NCBI GenBank assembly: GCA_045863295.1
Contig: BTWA01000005.1
Coordinates: 32,001 to 96,000 of the forward strand
Direction of reading: 5' to 3'
Source: Candidatus Hydrogenedentota bacterium
GTDB lineage: Bacteria; Hydrogenedentota; Hydrogenedentia; Hydrogenedentales; SLHB01
Length of the DNA stretch: 64,000 bases
Of this stretch, positions 60,919-64,000 are shown piece after piece. Position 1 is the first letter of the stretch, and every line of letters begins with the position of its first letter. The notes beneath the pieces are model-generated. The model was not told the origin of the DNA. It saw nothing but the letters and a program-made list of their open reading frames with translations, and did not search any database. The position numbers and the translations under genes are program-made.

Positions 60919-63330
60919 TCACGCATTGCTGTCAGGAATTATTGACAGCGTTTTCCCTTCGTCCTCTCGCAATTGCCAGTTGTGTTCCCGGCATATGGTT
61001 TCGATAATGCTCCACAGTGTGTATTCGCCGGCGGGCAACGTTATCGAGGTGCTCATTCGATCGGCCTGCGCCGCAATGGTCATATTTTGTTCCGTCGCTT
61101 CGGTCATCTGTTTGCAGAGCGATTCCATAGTTACCGGCGAACCATCGAGCTGAATTCGGCGATTCAAATAGTAGTACCGAATCACGCCGCCACTAATGAC
61201 GGGGTCCTTCCACGGCAATGTGATGCTCGTCTCCTTCCCTTCGGCCATTTCGGCGATCCCGCTTCGCACCCATACGCCGCTACCCAGAATGAACACGGCG
61301 CAGACCGCGTATGAGCCCGGAGGGAAGTTGTTGAACTCGTACGAGGACAACTCTCCAGGCTGCAACCGCCCCAGTGCAACGCTTTGCAACCGGCCGAGCC
61401 GCTCGTCTTCAACGTGCAGGACGGCCATATCTGTCCACAACAGCACGCCGGTATCCCGTGTAATCACGATCAGTCGTGGTGATTTGGACCATTCATCCGG
61501 TCCCGGCTCCACAGTCACGGTCAAGTGCGAATCGCGGCGCTGCATCATTAACTCCGCTGTCACTTGCTGTCCGGTCCCGACTTCAATGGAGGGTATTGCG
61601 CCCCAATACGTCATGGAGCGATCCGTAATGCCGAATGCGTCTACGGCATATTGGCCTTCCCTCAAATCGCTGAAGTGGACCTTGCCATCGGTCTGCTTTT
61701 CCATGCGCCAGGTCTGCCCCGGCCAGTCCTCACGAATGGGATAGAACAAGCCGCCGTTCAAGTCCTCCAGCCGGACGCCAATACTCTGGGCCGCACGCCC
61801 ATCCGGGTCTTTGGTCAAATCGACGTCAATCGTCGCCCCCGGTGTCAGCGACACATCCACAGAGAGTGCGGGAGTGTTTTCCGTAATCGAAAGCGTCTGC
61901 TGATGGCGCACGTAATTCTCGCACGTGACCAGAAATGGGCTTACTTCGTTCATGGCAACCTGTTCCAGCATGAACCGCCCTTGGTCGTCGGTCTCGTCAT
62001 CCACAAGTAGGCCGTCGCGACGTATCCATTCCAGGTTTGCACCGCCGGAGTCTCCGGAATGATCAATACGTACATATGCGCCTTTTATGGGTTGGCCTGT
62101 GGCCGCGTCGGTTACTTTGCCACTTACAGTTCCACGGGGAGACTCAGCGGCCTCTTGCGACGAGGCGACTTGTTCGGAGGCGGTGTCAGCGACAGGTACT
62201 TGGGGCTGCGCGGGAAATGGATTTGGCTCAACCGCAATAGCCACGGGAAGGAATGTGGGCAAGACAACCAAAGCAAAGGCAAAAGTGCCGATCAGGCCCA
62301 GACGCGTGAGCGCGGGACTCCTGTGAACAGTATCGTCAAGAATACGAACCAATCGGCGGCCCAGCGGATGCAAGTTGTCAGCGCATCCGAAAGATAATGT
62401 ATCGTTTTGCGGCCGGATAAGTTCCCGGGCAGCGCGTAGTAGCGTGTCGCTGTATGCATCACCTTCGGCGACTTTCAGTCCAAGGACGACATCGTCGCAG
62501 CAGTTCTCCCGAGTCCGATGCAGGGTGCGGACCAGCAGCCACACGACGGGATTGAACCACCAGATCAACAAGATCAATTTTTCTAACCAGATGAATGCCA
62601 GATCCAGCCTGCGATGATGAGCCAACTCGTGTGCGAGAATCGCCTCCAGGTCGGCAGTGGGCAGCGCATGGGCCAGCCGATCGGGAAGAATCACACCGGG
62701 AGAGAAGATGCCCACCGCGATTGGTGCGCATGCCGAGCGCGAAACCATAAGCCGGACAGACCGGCGCACATTGAGTCTTTTCGCGACCATCACATGCAGA
62801 TCGTAAAGAGGGCCTGAAGTTAACGTCACAGTCTGTTTTAAGAGACGGCCCAATTTCAGATAACTCGCGATCATTGCCATTCCGATGAGCAGCGTACCGA
62901 AGAAATGCGCCGTGAAAAGCGAGAGTTTCCAGTAGTCGGCGGCAACATTCGCCGCTCGCGTTGTAACGCTCTGCGACATTTCATTGGATCGAGGCAAGAG
63001 TCGCGCTTCACTGCCGCCAACAGGGTCAATCGACGGTCCGCGCTTTGCGGAGGCGATTGTTTCCGTGATCGGCTGCGGCCATTCTGTCTGCGAGGTCAAC
63101 GCAGGAGCCGTGTTGTTCAAAATGGGCAACTGTAATGCGGGTGGAATGAGAAACTTGATTGTCGCGACCATGAGCACAGCGTAAAGAAAAGACGCTGAAC
63201 GTTTCTTGAATGCATGCACTGCCGCCATGGCCAGAATTGCCGCCAGACTGGATTGCCAGAGGCAGGGCCATACAACAGCCCACCAGTTTTCCGCGGCTAT
63301 TTCCATCCACAAACGGGTATACATGATCAC
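60919..63330 (-). CDS. BlaR1/M56 peptidase-domain signal transducer with carboxypeptidase-regulatory-like (Ig-like) extracellular domains
   Basis: HELAH, WWFNP, RENCCDDVV; extracellular GTVSGKVTDAATGQPIKGA...TDDQGRF; no penicillin-binding SxxK domain seen. Confidence 0.85.
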   Translation of the reverse strand: MIMYTRLWMEIAAENWWAVVWPCLWQSSLAAILAMAAVHAFKKRSASFLYAVLMVATIKFLIPPALQLPILNNTAPALTSQTEWPQPITETIASAKRGPSIDPVGGSEARLLPRSNEMSQSVTTRAANVAADYWKLSLFTAHFFGTLLIGMAMIASYLKLGRLLKQTVTLTSGPLYDLHVMVAKRLNVRRSVRLMVSRSACAPIAVGIFSPGVILPDRLAHALPTADLEAILAHELAHHRRLDLAFIWLEKLILLIWWFNPVVWLLVRTLHRTRENCCDDVVLGLKVAEGDAYSDTLLRAARELIRPQNDTLSFGCADNLHPLGRRLVRILDDTVHRSPALTRLGLIGTFAFALVVLPTFLPVAIAVEPNPFPAQPQVPVADTASEQVASSQEAAESPRGTVSGKVTDAATGQPIKGAYVRIDHSGDSGGANLEWIRRDGLLVDDETDDQGRFMLEQVAMNEVSPFLVTCENYVRHQQTLSITENTPALSVDVSLTPGATIDVDLTKDPDGRAAQSIGVRLEDLNGGLFYPIREDWPGQTWRMEKQTDGKVHFSDLREGQYAVDAFGITDRSMTYWGAIPSIEVGTGQQVTAELMMQRRDSHLTVTVEPGPDEWSKSPRLIVITRDTGVLLWTDMAVLHVEDERLGRLQSVALGRLQPGELSSYEFNNFPPGSYAVCAVFILGSGVWVRSGIAEMAEGKETSITLPWKDPVISGGVIRYYYLNRRIQLDGSPVTMESLCKQMTEATEQNMTIAAQADRMSTSITLPAGEYTLWSIIETICREHNWQLREDEGKTLSIIPDSNA

Positions 63331-63800
63331 CCCTCCCTTATTCGGCGACGGGTCTCGGGTTTGCCTTTGAGTTGTCTCACCAATTCATCCAAGGCACGCA
63401 ACTCGTCTTGATTGGGCGGATTTCCATCGAAAAGGGAAGCCATCATGGAAACGAGGCTTCCACCAAAGATGCGTTCGCGCATGCGATTCAAGATGCCTTT
63501 GTAGGTGGATTCCGGCGCGTGATCCGCGCGGTACACAAAGGCCTTGCCCACATTCGCCTTTTCCTTCGAGACGAGACGCTTTTCTTCAAGTCGCTTTAAC
63601 AACGTTACTATGGCGCCATGACTCATGGGGCGGTAAGGCTTCATGATTTCGCGCAGTTGGCGAGCCGTTGCCATTTGTTCTCGCCAAAGGCAGGCCAGTA
63701 CTTCCAGCTCGGCGGTAGGTAGATCTTCAAGCGAAATGGTGGACCCTTTCTTGGGGGTATCCCTGCGGGGCTTATTGTCACGAGTTCCCATGTGCGCCAC
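63327..63800 (-). CDS. BlaI/MecI/CopY-family repressor
   Basis: LPTAELEVLACLW, TLLKRLEEKRLV, GKAFVY, FGGSLVSMM; ATGA-coupled to the M56 gene. Confidence 0.9.
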   Translation of the reverse strand: MAHMGTRDNKPRRDTPKKGSTISLEDLPTAELEVLACLWREQMATARQLREIMKPYRPMSHGAIVTLLKRLEEKRLVSKEKANVGKAFVYRADHAPESTYKGILNRMRERIFGGSLVSMMASLFDGNPPNQDELRALDELVRQLKGKPETRRRIREG

Positions 63801-63876
63801 TCAAAATTGGGCAATACTTTAAATTTATACTGTGTTTTATATTTTGAAATGGGGTTGTTTTGCGGGGTAAATTCTT

Positions 63877-63919
63877 AAAAACAAAAGCGCCGCCGCCCAG
63901 AGGATCCGGGCGGCGGCGC
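63877..63919 (-). terminator. Rho-independent terminator
   Basis: GCGCCGCCGCCC / GGGCGGCGGCGC stem with A-runs on the left (U-tract on minus). Confidence 0.8.
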
Positions 63920-63940
63920 GGACGGTCAATGCCTTTTTGT

Positions 63941-64000
63941 CTAGAATCCCATATCCGGCCTCGGCGGTCCGTCGTAGGGTTTTGCTCCGAGGTGCAGGCC
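63941..64000 (-). CDS. 3' end of an unidentified gene entering from the right edge
   Basis: Minus frame reads GLHLGAKPYDGPPRPDMGF* and is followed by a strong terminator. Confidence 0.5.
   Translation of the reverse strand, partial: GLHLGAKPYDGPPRPDMGF

Noticed and set aside
63801..63880. BlaI operator upstream of the repressor
   Set aside because: The region is AT-rich but I found no TACA-N2-TGTA palindrome.

Overview
GC-rich bacterial chromosomal window with about 48 CDS and no rRNA, tRNA, CRISPR array, integrase or transposase. Gene content (PEP-CTERM protein, Tat-exported sulfatases, Hanks kinases, alginate-export-type beta-barrel, BlaR1/BlaI pair) suggests a diderm PVC- or Hydrogenedentes-like organism; that is inference only. 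Housekeeping blocks: pyruvate dehydrogenase (aceE-aceF-lpdA), MarR-MFP-RND-TolC efflux, lepB, clpB, ftsH-folP-glmM, manC and a glycosylation cluster. The most notable locus is a membrane Ser/Thr kinase fused to 13 closely related 126-bp WD40 repeats whose variation is concentrated at a few positions, followed by two PDZ-like domains. It is split by one in-frame TGG>TAG change, and the block is bracketed by inverted copies of a REP-like palindrome that supply the stop codons of both flanking genes. Other signals: a translationally coupled pair of paralogous kinase/beta-propeller receptors; tandem orphan lipoproteins with a duplicated sigma54-type promoter and enhancer; a consensus sigma54 promoter on clpB with a C-rich three-hairpin sRNA candidate at its 3' end; and two gene remnants that start at palindromic repeats. 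Start codons were moved from the ORF track where an RBS or family N-terminus supports it. All functional calls rest on motif recognition by eye, with no database search.
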